Source of the DNA: a virus
Lineage: Duplodnaviria > Caudoviricetes
DNA: 48,066 bases
Reading direction: 5' to 3' (one strand)
IMG/VR virus record: IMGVR_UViG_3300004369_000027
Location: 1-48,066 of that record
Each line of letters begins with the position of its first letter. Positions within the stretch are counted from its first letter, which is position 1. This document shows, one piece after another, positions 19,901 to 27,376 of this stretch. The notes under the pieces were generated by a model. That model saw only the letters and a list, made by a program, of their open reading frames with translations, was not told where the DNA came from and made no database searches. Made by a program: the position numbers and the translations under genes.

Positions 19901-21304
19901 TTAAGTAAACTAGTAAGAGAAGCTTATAGAAATGATGAACTTAAAAAGAATCATTTTATTAAGTACCTAACTCCAGAAAGAACTAGCTATGAAGGAAAAA
20001 CTGATAGTACATTTTTTGGTAAAGCATTACAAAAGTTTGTAGGTCAGACTAGAACTAAAAAAGATGCTACTTTTAAACAGCAGCTATCTAATGCTTTTAC
20101 TGAACTACAATCAGGTGAGTTCTCAGATCCAAATACTAAACAAATTGCTAGAGAGCTATCAGGACTACTTTTAGAGTATCTATTTGTAAAAGATGGTTTG
20201 CTGTTCAGAAACAAATCTTTTATATCTGAGATTGATCCTAAGCACTTTAAGAGAGTATCTGAATCTCTTTTTGATGTACAAGCAGTTTTAAGTGGTAAAA
20301 AAACATTCCAAGATGTATTTGGTGTTGACCAAGCTACTTTAGAGCAAGAGTTTGTTGAAAAGTTTGCTAGGTATCAAGGAAATGCATTTGATCTTATTTC
20401 TAATTCATATGTTAACATAGTTGGTAACATGCGAAACAATAAGATTGAACAACTTAAAGATGTTGCTATAGGTACTGGACTAGATGAAGATCTAATTGAA
20501 GGCCAATCAGCTTCTAATATAGTTAAGTTACTAAAAACTCTTCAAGAAAGTGAAGCTTTAGATAGTATCAATAAGGATATAATGCCTTTGACTATAGATA
20601 AAGAAACTGGAGTTCTTACTGTTAATTTATTTGCAGGTACTAAGAAAAAGGAGTTTGGTTTTGAAAGCTTAGATTCTAATAATACTCCTGTTATTAAATC
20701 TAATTTTCAAGCTTTACTTTCTACAGGATTGTTTGTACCTATGAAAGGAACAATAAATGGTAAATCTCAAAATAGAATAGGGTTTCCAGAGTTTATATCT
20801 ATTACTTATCAAGGCGGAGCTAAGCAGATATATAAGCTGATAAAAACAGAAAAAACTAAAAAAGACAAAGACCTTAAAGGAGTTAATGCTCCTTATGATT
20901 TTGGTTTTGGAGCTACCTATATGCCTGTATCTACTCTAGGCACTCAAGAAGTATTACCATATGCTATTGACCTAGATGAACATGCTAGAATGGAAGGTGA
21001 AGCAGAATTACTTAGAATGAGTAAAGCTTCATCTAAAGCAGCTGAAACTTCAGAACAAAAACCAGCAGAGAGCAAGTCATTATTTAATTTTAGCAGAGAA
21101 TCTAAGAAGGAAGAATCTAAAGAATTACCTGCAGAGCCTCCAACTATAACTTCATTTAATCCTCTTAGTAGTAACCCTATTGCTGGAATACAACCTAAAC
21201 TTAGTAAACTTGAAAGGGTAGGCACTGATGCTTCTAAAATGTTAAGTAAAATAGATAAAAACATTAGTTTTAATGAAGATGAATCAGATGATATTGACTG
21301 CTAA
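7934..21304 (+). CDS. Giant virion-associated DNA-directed RNA polymerase (crAss-like vRNAP), 4456 aa, with zincin motif and N-terminal hydrophobic segments
   Basis: GADFDID catalytic loop (DFDID at 17915-17929), VRIPTQDKHSM near 17795, YHEAFH (HExxH at 13484-13498) with downstream EEQMADEF, hydrophobic stretches FLGGMSFVAGAVISEYLTAGLA and VVIGAILGLTGFAG. Confidence 0.9.
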   Translation: MPLVYNEEKGVWEFGEDPKFKTKSEAQAYSNNRQASLQDSIRRSMGVGPSDLQTLARESGTKKALEEQGYDYDEMFEATPYTPGGTSGGYEAPELEGEEAVAYQKASEKLGYKPGVYSDTQDLLAEDQGNVSQIVNGTIKLAGKTATNVAGSIIGTAYGIGSAIVNGSFSSFYDNDFQRALDEANAAMDEYLPNYVRKEVEDYSLLEQMGTTNFWANDFLGGMSFVAGAVISEYLTAGLASSMIIPRAAKTLKYVDKAEDVAKGYQAAAFGRNIGLGVTDKTLKNLGNFARQTAVGSFYEAGVEARHFVDEAKKNYISEMQQKEGRDPSAEELSAFMDNAHIVGNSLFAANAALVSLNNIVTLPNSFGPGLTKRFGKGASQDVANKSAFDKGIFGTKEANVIPTKSLSAKELKTAAANLKVSVDDVKAMTVINKKALRSTSKLGKTLNGLRTTGKILEQGFAEGVWEEGMQGALSGGALEYVTNFYDPEAKDDNLSVMSAFASGLHDAYGTKEGLKEVVIGAILGLTGFAGPGGWQGGIYGTIKEEKQKQNQIDKLVETVNQSKDFGSIFKGMYLAGQQRLVATKKMDKAAELNDMFKYKNAENDAFMGYVLGRTEAGMYDSIEEDLVNTVNKMSNEEFAQEFGYENMTNDEITKRKNEAIVETKARAKQIRDGLLTAKNITNSEDVALNHGLAWTISTLDNIDRREASLGELVSTYAGRSIRNEDLKNYIQIGLALDETKAIKEYTRIIAEINKKNLQKADGTFSQMWMGRETTLIGDRIKIDRLDKEIAELQKQKRELAKEMLGILKKGTSLTYNNDVDAFGQDLDIFLDTKDKINLQAKRPTFAERAGTPQDPRKVYEDLKKLAKYREQVITEYNFFLSKEGRKDFVATINNINKLADKERLFEEFAIAASVTPITPDTKVREIQEAAFRIRGNSFITQAIKEEKAADMVPADNTIANLNSRIQKSDASQQFKSWMDDFKKGHDELLNTDQIKELLNYCKTKLAEAKKFANSFKDTQEGENFEEFLSTNLLQNRIKELEDFLKAQGVPVTKSTGGFVPIIEKSSQLHTVKPDTSSKEAMEILKSLTAADVKNFKDVTIELVTDSEGGKIVNPQDAEGNEVEQGVKIRKGYNNKQQQLAVKYKGTIIGYIYDPNRYQFDDGAGGLRNFNKTAADLEKLNPAFVQMENGVMVPSALGDDFINTYNALTSFWTIADKAFESNLTLPSDLLDKFLFLNHSVKYLSNASESLDSISSNPNLQIKDPKGNSTRPIIFRQYDQNIFVYNEDTKNYELVSPDDYEYYYNNYIETSKKNIDNLSNQYIIVGNPEADVHVIGLSYSEVPVTESIVENIQDTYGAFKENVERKVKENDKTTKDDLDIFPVNTGFIAAKNAAGVRISLSFSRYQSIQQTKEGKIIPKPNLVVQLYTRANRNAGQGGTYFNLYRDKEKDKPVSSIRLVEGVGLLFRDKTGTSTLINNNEELAKALTIAISDRLEAYGEEGLEITAFQQMPEIREENNEGKNVVVGLETDKLNVRVDLMSSLSFRPRGITPASSASAPSKPTGNADSKLAKEIIEEIDKINTATADDQEVAKKLLDAIQKAVKGQPTVSLLIATKVGALKAYINKVFVTSVSKTSTKQSPFSSVEATAKALESLNEDEIKQAIYPNSLGYMSNQSISEAYHADKAAGKETELTKAVEKLLGKQSSVSELTPSSFKNEAELQEAYNARAAKQEEADKRRAEIKNEAGAGWRKALGTDPKLQAINKEIDDLTKKIQELEATGPAFKIEENPDGELIDFEQAFINLSRILPTNVISFKELDTIRRNLKRKGQTSGAFFNKIVYLARNASRGTEYHEAFHAVVRTFLTAPQLNLLYKEAAIRYGKPTKEQLTSLKNKSGDYQNLTARQLELLWYEEQMADEFQRYAVKRDKEYTGVKGIIKMIFDKLKRFAQWVTNSKADIDVLFNNIYEGQFKTAKEVNDFPLFFGRDIEVYKLLPKKFGIGYLDATTSLIAYNRVVKEVLRMKDEGGLITDDKVQDALESVINRYYDIESDDLIYGEILDRPSTNQDAVFKAVNKLEEIKAGLDGLFERPKDLAQFIYEVKRRANSVKFEENIDEEEYVEDETSADLGIKDNRTLGGLGSTSKQMREYMALMEVPIDEFNLGLTEEELNSGVFTTYINPQELYTSVEAIMTNTWRPDMLKKLSYHAQDNIKIYHFYNNLARDIKSELGRPELSNEELANLPISELFKSNKFNLFISNFNKYKANQITVLADPRNGLSKVFRTNMYDVQEKQVETWSKNWRANGFNDNPGEAKVILESLQKSLKSYTKLLNPNTAEEYVNQIQAYFDALGIKLAKNYIRYSLAYANIVATNEYANAYNRADSFTAEYLDKLKDNFELFSGVEVFDEATVQGIIESLKSGSPFLVDSTVNAFDEADNLEQVKDANTAVSGAVGRLKTMALGNSYFDETVGSTTVQNADGENQYTHLAPNFFLIQTLFYQNPQLRQWVFTEDRKEGLQQLRDAFNAMERNVTEYQLESFYDAVKGNPMLNAMITGEGSTSFPADRQKTANRVFQNFKVEFNDGLRRKYLETVESADNKTAVVAQNYRESNGNVFFDLDTRATLYTMMAYFASDSGNTKQTTVNIPGQGEVRVTPFIPLQIEAKNTQIAVMMPVNKLADNNYELNSSGQKMLVQHFMQEYNRISKIAKEIAEDTERDRVDGYNIKMTDRGVDFFNFKKLSKTNPRLYDTLLNAARAGEALPISEAQLQDELKKFFTSEYNEFKELLGEENLTYTDKEGNTRVNILPNYYKTSDSTLNESTTAEFFYNSYINSLNYNNLMFGDLAYNFKNPIDFVKRMAGPNAAGPSIGYGETNVAILEDVYNENGTETTNAQAYTYPFWYTDTYLQSLGKNSTAVKKIWDRITKGYPLTAAEVATLKEEGAMANPRKLTTFDLFLYGKKSVKVLIRSEASNFKGGEKARKYVDTLYDRIKRLDRNTDEYREIVREIQSYWVAKPGRENLHSKLNKLELQNIGLAIHASGVKGAKTNVNGIDAAEYSTIVVNNQFIREQVATNSIKDKIVHGTQLMQLISSEHADNTEVIFRGKNTDIGTLRRYYRTLLGNRVLDSFMLMRDSIVDGDIAKYKYLLKSFEGSLIESGADPVLMEQFRAAYAQADMPEYNLNMPSVEQKFEAMFLSYMSKGVLSQKVPGHKLTLTSDEGYDVLRDKNGNVLPDNLPLAAVTAYQNDGAQFTKLRYHQKDNQKNVYYAECLISGQLLTELGLRPGDEIPSYMLELVGVRIPTQDKHSMVYLKVVGVLPAETGNQIVMPADILDLSGADFDIDSEFVRIPDFYRDENNNILIYGDYLKSKQPLITAFNEFVQSIKKQDKRVKQDIKDFELSDEKYIKLIEERNALKLRLKSIEGNIADNYDDIALAMNLEPTVEDEIEDFSNAEDVIANLETVGIGLNQQQKNIIREIGDKNKQIKAAKKEIVAKVLEKNNHPSTQESFDYKYGKQVADNIKAFNEGKIDEIKPITVNEINNLTLDIEKSLIYNEGNSDVATSPADDKLAQDFMKKYFNAEGEDSSNKFDNPADIKTASSPTDILKANASNSIGKDNVGIAALWNVMYSYLRNYNIPLIKEVEKDNRIILNASGIDQDIIDIVTSPFNTDVTTDKSETRNRVRIVHINSTQITLAVDNAKFQYASFFNLSTDNLGSTLILTSKGLSFDRAMLLNIQPALLEYSKRAKVVSGQLKTEVEERVTKAGVIKDLIIEYTSELKDIKPEKAGQVELTVENLYQAKLFGEGKPSTLEKWQYLEIQLKALEVFSITNEESSFLRDLGNVLSLIKGAKTDFVEMNGISESLKKLGIQLVLKKGTKGFEPSDYEIKHVPNFKDLAVPYDVLPILTQDGLVKTNLQVFASMMRIAEDFVITQSKFALNTSERVKLSFKTKKNGSVLNYPDKAKTLKNHMIAFLASKAYAKKSGRKFTFDTLFAVTGELTELSKLVREAYRNDELKKNHFIKYLTPERTSYEGKTDSTFFGKALQKFVGQTRTKKDATFKQQLSNAFTELQSGEFSDPNTKQIARELSGLLLEYLFVKDGLLFRNKSFISEIDPKHFKRVSESLFDVQAVLSGKKTFQDVFGVDQATLEQEFVEKFARYQGNAFDLISNSYVNIVGNMRNNKIEQLKDVAIGTGLDEDLIEGQSASNIVKLLKTLQESEALDSINKDIMPLTIDKETGVLTVNLFAGTKKKEFGFESLDSNNTPVIKSNFQALLSTGLFVPMKGTINGKSQNRIGFPEFISITYQGGAKQIYKLIKTEKTKKDKDLKGVNAPYDFGFGATYMPVSTLGTQEVLPYAIDLDEHARMEGEAELLRMSKASSKAAETSEQKPAESKSLFNFSRESKKEESKELPAEPPTITSFNPLSSNPIAGIQPKLSKLERVGTDASKMLSKIDKNISFNEDESDDIDC

Positions 21305-21340
21305 TAACTAAAAATATACTAACTTTATTAAAAAATTTGT

Positions 21341-24300
21341 ATGGCTCAGTGTAGTATAATACCTAAAATAAAAACACCTAATGGTGATGTAGAAAGTAAT
21401 CTATTTAAAGACCTATATGAAGGACTTAAAATACCCAGAGCTAAAGCTTTAGAGATTTACTATAAAGTTAGAGAAAGTAACTTTATGATTAAAAATGGTA
21501 ATTGGGTAGGAGCTAGAGTAGCTTGGATTAAAGGAGAATACAACTCTATTGAAAAAGCTAAAGAAGCTTATGGAGTAACTATTGCTACTAATAATTTAGG
21601 TGAACCTACTGTTGAATCTATTTCTGATGTACTAAAAGACTTTGGTTATGTAACACCTACTACAATCAAACCAGGTGTAGCAGAACTATTTGAATCTAAT
21701 CCTGAATTAGCTTCTATAGGCACACAAGAACAATACTCTCAATATCTTGATACAATATTTCCTGATAGTAAAGTAAAAGATATTGTTTATCATGGTAGTA
21801 AAAATAAAATAGATAAAGTTTCTTTAGAAGAAACTCGTAAATCTCAACTTTTAAAATACCCTGATTTACCAACAGTAGATGCTTTTTTTCTTACACCAAG
21901 TAAGATTACAGCAAAAGCAATGACTTCTGAAGAAGCTATTATAAATCCTGCTCTTATAAATTCTAAAAATCCTTTAAAAGTTACAACTAGTTTAGTAAAA
22001 GAAAATAATATATCAACTCTTGCAGGAACTATTTTATTTACAAATAGCCCTGAAATGATTTCTAAATATAAAAAACTTGGTTATGATACATTTGACAGTT
22101 CAAGTAATGCAGCAAATGAATATGTAGTATTTGAACCAGAACAAATTCACATATTAGGTAGTAAACAAGATATAGAAGGGTTTAAAGAGTTTGCTAAATC
22201 AGAAAGTCCTGTAGTAAATATTAATGATACTATACCAAGTACAAGCACTGTGTATGATATAGTAGAACAGTATCCTGAAATTACTACTTACTTAAATAAG
22301 ATTGAAGCTGAAAACTTATCTAGATTAATTAATGAGTCTTATAGTAAGAATGATATTACAGCTGTAATTACAGACTTACTTAATGGAAGGTATAAAGTAA
22401 ATTTGGCCAATAATCAAGGACAAAAATACAATATAAGCTCTCTATCTACTAATCCTAAAGTAGATACTATTATAAGAAGATTAGCAGAAAAGCTTCCTGG
22501 AATTACAGTTATGTCTATGACATATGCTGAAGCACAAGCTAAATATAATGGTAAGCTTCCTTCTAACTCTACATCAATGATTGATGGTAGCACTGTAATT
22601 TTATTTAGTGATAGAGTTACAGAAGAAACTGCTATTGAAGAAATGTTACACCCATTTGTTTTTGGAATAGCTAAACAAAATCCAGAGTTATTTGAAAACT
22701 TGCTTAAAGAAGCATATAGGTTATATCCTGAGCTAGCTGCTAGTATATCTAAAGAATACAAAAGTAGAGGACAGACTACAGTTAATTTAGAGATTGTTAC
22801 TCAAGCTTTATCTAAAGTAGTTAATAAAGAGTATGAGCAAAATGATACTAGAGTAGTAGAAGAAGCTAAAGGATTTTTTAGAAAGTTTTTAGATCTATTA
22901 TCAGATTGGTTTAACTCTATTATTACTGATCCTGATATTTACATATCTCCTAGTTTTTTAGAATCTAATTTAACATTAGGAGATGTAGCAATTCTTTTAA
23001 ATACAGAAGGATTACAATTTACTCAAGAGTTCACAGATAAAATATTTTATAATCTAACAGCAAATACAGCTTATGCTAATCAAGTTTTAGATTATGAAGC
23101 TAAAATGGGTCAAGAGATACCTAAAGAAATGAGAGCAACTATTGATAAATTATTTGTTGATAGTTCTTTTGTTAAGTACGACCCCTTAACTGAAACTTAT
23201 TCTGATACTACTGGTAATCCTTATACTAGGATATCTGATTTTATTAAAAAGTTTGTATATAAAGGTGTACTAGATTTCTTTGGATTTGATGGCAATGAAG
23301 ATGAATATGCTCATAATAGAGAATGGGGTAATCAAATTGATGGTTTATTTGAATCAGTATTAGAAGGTTCTAGTGAAGAAGATGCTATCTCAAAATGGAA
23401 AACTACATCAGATTTCTCAGTAGCAGCTATTTCAGAAGATGTAGCTAGAAAGCTATATAAAGATTTTGTTAGACTTAAAGAGGAAGAATTTAGTAATGTA
23501 ATTCTTATTCCTCAAGTAGTAATGTTTAATAGGGAAAAGCAAATAGCAGGCAGAGCTGACATAGTAGCTGTGTACCCAGATGGCACTATTAAAGTTTTAG
23601 ATTTAAAATCATCTATTACAAGCACTACTAGATTTGAATATGCAAAGGAATATACTACAGCTAAAGGGCCTAGAGCTTCTAAAAAGCTAAGACATGCTGC
23701 ACAATTATCAGGATATAAAGGATTATTTCTTTCACAAGGATATGAGTTTAATAAAGATGATTTAGCAATTATCCCAGCTTTTATTTCAGATGTTGATGCA
23801 CAGAATAATGCAAGTAAAGTGGAACTAGAAGCTGAGATTGAAGTAAATGGTGTTCAAGATATTGTATCAGCTTTAGATGAAGATAAAGAGTACAAGGGAA
23901 AAATATTTGCTGACAACAAAGAAGCAGTAGGTAAGGCTAAAAGCATTATAGACAAGGTATTAAAAACACTTGCTCAAAGAAAACTTACTTTAGAAAGGCA
24001 ACCTAGCATTAAAGCTAGCTCTTTTAAAAAGAAAGAAATCCAAGATCTAGAGAGAATGATTAAAGATGCTCAGTACATTAAATCTTTGAGTAGATTTATT
24101 GATGATGCATATTCTCTTTTTATATCTAAAAAAGTAGGAGATAATGATTTTCCTGGACTAGCATATGAGATTAGAAAGAAAATCAAATCACTAAGGCAGG
24201 AAAAAGATAAGCTAAAAGTTATTGATGAGCTTAACTACTATAGAAAAATGGTAGAAAGCTACATGCCTATTATGAATGAGATAAGAGATTTCTATCAGAG

Positions 24301-27166
24301 AGAAATAGGCTTTACTGAAAATGTTATTGAAAACTCAGAGTTAGATAAGATTAGAAAAATTGTAGATGCACAACAAACAGTATTAACTGTTTATAATAAT
24401 GAGATCTTGCCTGAGATTGCTAATGTATTAGCTGAAAGTGCTTCTCAAAGTGCTAATGTAGCTGGAGCAGTTCAGTATGAAAGTATAGTAAAAAGAAGAG
24501 ATGAGCTACTAAAAAAAGGAGATAAAAAAAGAGCAGCCTACCTAACTTCTATTATTAACAAAATGGAAGCTAGAAATGTAACCTCAAAAGGAGTTACTGC
24601 TGATGTTATTCTAGAAAACTTAAGAGAAGGTTCAGATATAGATATACCTTTATTAGATTTATGGCTAAATCCTGCTATATCTAGTAGTAACTCTATTGTA
24701 GCTTTGTTTGCTAAGACACTTAAAGAAAAGTTTGAAGCAGCTAGAATTAAGCTTATTAAGTTTAGAAGTGTTGGTATTAAAGCCTTTAATGACTTTAAAG
24801 CAGTACAATCAGGTAGTGATAACCCTGCTAATTTTAATAAGCCTTTTTACGAAGTAATTAAGAGAACGTATACTAATGATAAGGATGAAAAAATAACAAA
24901 GCAAACAGCTAAGTTTGTTCAACCTTATGATGAGCAAGCATATATTAATGCTAAAGGACAGTTTAAACAATCTATAGAAAAACTTCCTTTTGCAGATAGA
25001 AGAACTGCTTGGAGAGATTGGTATAATAAAAACCATGAAACTCTTCCTGAAGAAGATGAGGTAGTAATTAACCCATACACTAATGAAAAAGTAGTTATTC
25101 AAAAAGGCAGAAAAACTTTAATGCTTGAAGCTATCAAAAAGAAAGATGATGGCATTTGGACTGAGTATGACTTTAACATGTGGTTAAGTAGTGTTCAATC
25201 AAAAAATTCAGATGGGTCAATAGAATATAAAAATGAGTTTACTAGGCCTAGCAGAAGAGTATATCCTAGTGCTAAGTACAATGCTATACAGAATAACAAA
25301 GCATACAAAAAATACTATGACTATCTTATAGCCTCTTACTTTAATGCTCAAAATACTAGAGTACCTGAAAACTCTAGATTAGGGTATACCCTACCTTCTA
25401 TTAGTAAAAATGCTAATGACAGACTTAGAGAGCAAGGTCTAAAAAACACAATTATTAGAGAAACAAAAAGAACTTTTAAAGTTGTAGAAGAAGATGTAGA
25501 ATTATTTGGAGAATCTATAGAAGGAGAAAAAATAGTACCACTATTGTTTCATCAGCCTATGGATGCAGATAATGTAAGCTTAGACCTTATATCTTCTGTC
25601 ATGAGATTTGAAGATGCAACTTTAAAATATGAAGCTCAATCTTCACTTGCTGGTTTAGGTGATGCAACTTTACAAACATTAAAACAAAATGCTCCTTTTA
25701 AGAGAGATTCACTAGGCAATAGGTATATTGATGAAGCTGCAGAAAAAGCAGGTATTAAGGATAGCTTAATAAAATACAGAAAAAAATATTCTGGAAATAA
25801 CATTGCTGCATTGTTTGAAGCTTTCTTAGATATGCAGGTGTATGGCCAAATGAAAATTCCTCATCCTATGATGTTTAATATGGATGCTAATAAATTAGCA
25901 GACGCATTAATGGGATTTACATCTAAAGTTCAAATAGGTGGTTTAAATATAGTAGGTAATATAGCTAACTCTATGACTAACCATATATCTCTTAATATTG
26001 AGGCAGCAGGTAAACAATGGTTTAGTCAAAAAGATTTAGTCTGGGCAAAGTATTTTTATAATAGATATGCTGGATCTTTAATAAAAGATTTTAGTGAACC
26101 AGAAAATAAATCTTTTTTAGGCCAACTTGTTGATTTGTATGACCCTATGCAAGGAGAGTTTAGAGATAAGTATGGTAGAAAAGTATCTCATTCTGTCTTT
26201 AAAAAGCTGTGGTCTATGGATACTTGGTTTTTTATGATGCACCAAACTGATTATAGTATTCAAGTACAGATGCTACTAGCTCATTTAAAAAAGACCAAAG
26301 TAAAGAGAACTGTAAATGGAAAAACAGAAGAAATCTCCTTATTTGATGCTTATGAAATGGGTAGCAACGGCAAAATAAAACTTAAGGAGGGTGTGGAAAT
26401 CCCTAACCTAAGAGATGAAAATGGGTTAGTAGATTTTGACACCATGAATAAAGTGCATGCTATTAATAAAAGAGTGTTTGGTATCTATAATAAATTTGAT
26501 GAAGTTAATTTAGGAAGATACTGGTATGGTAGAATGGTTTTAATGTATAAAAAACACGTTGCTCCAGGGTTTAAAAGAAGATTTAAAGGCATATCAAGAG
26601 ATGAAGAACTAGGAGATATAACTGAAGGGTTCCATAGCACATTCTTAAGACTAGCTTTAACAGATACAAAAAGAATGGTTAAAGCCTTATATAGTGAAGA
26701 TAGTGGTTTATCTCCAGTTGATAGAGCTAACTTAAAAAAATCTGTAAGAGATATGATGTGGGTTATAGCTACAGGTATACTAGTTATGGTATTAGCTAAC
26801 TTGTATTCAGCTGCAGATGATGATGATGAAAAAACAGCTTATAAGTATGCCTTATTCTTTGCTTTAAGGCTAAACCAAGACTTAGGAATATATGGCACAC
26901 TAGGTGACCCTCAAAACTTAGGATTGCCTAGTATAAGAGAAACTTTGAAATTGGTTAAAAATCCAGTAGTTGCTTTAGCAGTTGTAGAAAGAGGTTTAGA
27001 TATGGTAAGTCAGCTAAAAGATCCATTTGCAACATATAAAAACCCTTCAAGTATCTTTGATAAAGGGGACTCTAAGCTTGGAGCTGCAGTTTTTAAGTTT
27101 TGGGGGATAACAGGTACTAACTTTAATCCTGAAAATGCTATCAAATTTATGCAACAGAATAAATAA
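21341..27166 (+). CDS. Large multidomain virion/ejection protein, 1941 aa: ART-like module, zincin-like EExxH, PD-(D/E)XK nuclease, C-terminal hydrophobic helix
   Basis: IVYHGS..AFFLT..EYVVFEPEQI; AIEEMLHPFV; IAGRADIVAV..VLDLKS..HAAQLSGY; MMWVIATGILVMVLANLYSA; directly follows the vRNAP gene. Confidence 0.8.
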   Translation: MAQCSIIPKIKTPNGDVESNLFKDLYEGLKIPRAKALEIYYKVRESNFMIKNGNWVGARVAWIKGEYNSIEKAKEAYGVTIATNNLGEPTVESISDVLKDFGYVTPTTIKPGVAELFESNPELASIGTQEQYSQYLDTIFPDSKVKDIVYHGSKNKIDKVSLEETRKSQLLKYPDLPTVDAFFLTPSKITAKAMTSEEAIINPALINSKNPLKVTTSLVKENNISTLAGTILFTNSPEMISKYKKLGYDTFDSSSNAANEYVVFEPEQIHILGSKQDIEGFKEFAKSESPVVNINDTIPSTSTVYDIVEQYPEITTYLNKIEAENLSRLINESYSKNDITAVITDLLNGRYKVNLANNQGQKYNISSLSTNPKVDTIIRRLAEKLPGITVMSMTYAEAQAKYNGKLPSNSTSMIDGSTVILFSDRVTEETAIEEMLHPFVFGIAKQNPELFENLLKEAYRLYPELAASISKEYKSRGQTTVNLEIVTQALSKVVNKEYEQNDTRVVEEAKGFFRKFLDLLSDWFNSIITDPDIYISPSFLESNLTLGDVAILLNTEGLQFTQEFTDKIFYNLTANTAYANQVLDYEAKMGQEIPKEMRATIDKLFVDSSFVKYDPLTETYSDTTGNPYTRISDFIKKFVYKGVLDFFGFDGNEDEYAHNREWGNQIDGLFESVLEGSSEEDAISKWKTTSDFSVAAISEDVARKLYKDFVRLKEEEFSNVILIPQVVMFNREKQIAGRADIVAVYPDGTIKVLDLKSSITSTTRFEYAKEYTTAKGPRASKKLRHAAQLSGYKGLFLSQGYEFNKDDLAIIPAFISDVDAQNNASKVELEAEIEVNGVQDIVSALDEDKEYKGKIFADNKEAVGKAKSIIDKVLKTLAQRKLTLERQPSIKASSFKKKEIQDLERMIKDAQYIKSLSRFIDDAYSLFISKKVGDNDFPGLAYEIRKKIKSLRQEKDKLKVIDELNYYRKMVESYMPIMNEIRDFYQREIGFTENVIENSELDKIRKIVDAQQTVLTVYNNEILPEIANVLAESASQSANVAGAVQYESIVKRRDELLKKGDKKRAAYLTSIINKMEARNVTSKGVTADVILENLREGSDIDIPLLDLWLNPAISSSNSIVALFAKTLKEKFEAARIKLIKFRSVGIKAFNDFKAVQSGSDNPANFNKPFYEVIKRTYTNDKDEKITKQTAKFVQPYDEQAYINAKGQFKQSIEKLPFADRRTAWRDWYNKNHETLPEEDEVVINPYTNEKVVIQKGRKTLMLEAIKKKDDGIWTEYDFNMWLSSVQSKNSDGSIEYKNEFTRPSRRVYPSAKYNAIQNNKAYKKYYDYLIASYFNAQNTRVPENSRLGYTLPSISKNANDRLREQGLKNTIIRETKRTFKVVEEDVELFGESIEGEKIVPLLFHQPMDADNVSLDLISSVMRFEDATLKYEAQSSLAGLGDATLQTLKQNAPFKRDSLGNRYIDEAAEKAGIKDSLIKYRKKYSGNNIAALFEAFLDMQVYGQMKIPHPMMFNMDANKLADALMGFTSKVQIGGLNIVGNIANSMTNHISLNIEAAGKQWFSQKDLVWAKYFYNRYAGSLIKDFSEPENKSFLGQLVDLYDPMQGEFRDKYGRKVSHSVFKKLWSMDTWFFMMHQTDYSIQVQMLLAHLKKTKVKRTVNGKTEEISLFDAYEMGSNGKIKLKEGVEIPNLRDENGLVDFDTMNKVHAINKRVFGIYNKFDEVNLGRYWYGRMVLMYKKHVAPGFKRRFKGISRDEELGDITEGFHSTFLRLALTDTKRMVKALYSEDSGLSPVDRANLKKSVRDMMWVIATGILVMVLANLYSAADDDDEKTAYKYALFFALRLNQDLGIYGTLGDPQNLGLPSIRETLKLVKNPVVALAVVERGLDMVSQLKDPFATYKNPSSIFDKGDSKLGAAVFKFWGITGTNFNPENAIKFMQQNK

Positions 27167-27197
27167 AAAATTAGTAGGGCATTACTGCCCTACTAAT
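27165..27197 (-). terminator. Intrinsic terminator at the convergence of the two gene blocks
   Basis: Perfect 12-bp inverted repeat attagtagggca/ttac/tgccctactaat (27170-27197) next to an A-run that is the U-tract on the - strand. Confidence 0.8.
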
Positions 27198-27376
27198 AAT
27201 CTTCTAACTTCCTCACCTAATTTACTATCATTGGGAGTGCTTTTTACTAGCTGCTGTATCTGATGTAATTTATACAATACAGCTAATTGTCTAGAGCTTA
27301 CATTAGTAAACTGCACTCTTCCTATCTTGTCTTGGATCTCAATATCAACTTGAGGCTCAGATTTTTTCGTTAACAT
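27182..27376 (-). CDS. Small hypothetical protein (~64 aa)
   Basis: Likely start at ATG 27376 (MLTKKSEP...), overlapping the MazG end; C-terminal PNDSKLGEEVR resembles a small phage protein motif. Confidence 0.55.
   Translation of the reverse strand: MLTKKSEPQVDIEIQDKIGRVQFTNVSSRQLAVLYKLHQIQQLVKSTPNDSKLGEEVRRLLVGQ

Noticed and set aside
53-25102. Minus-strand ORFs inside the large + strand genes
   Set aside because: Antisense shadows of biased coding sequence with no recognisable motifs.
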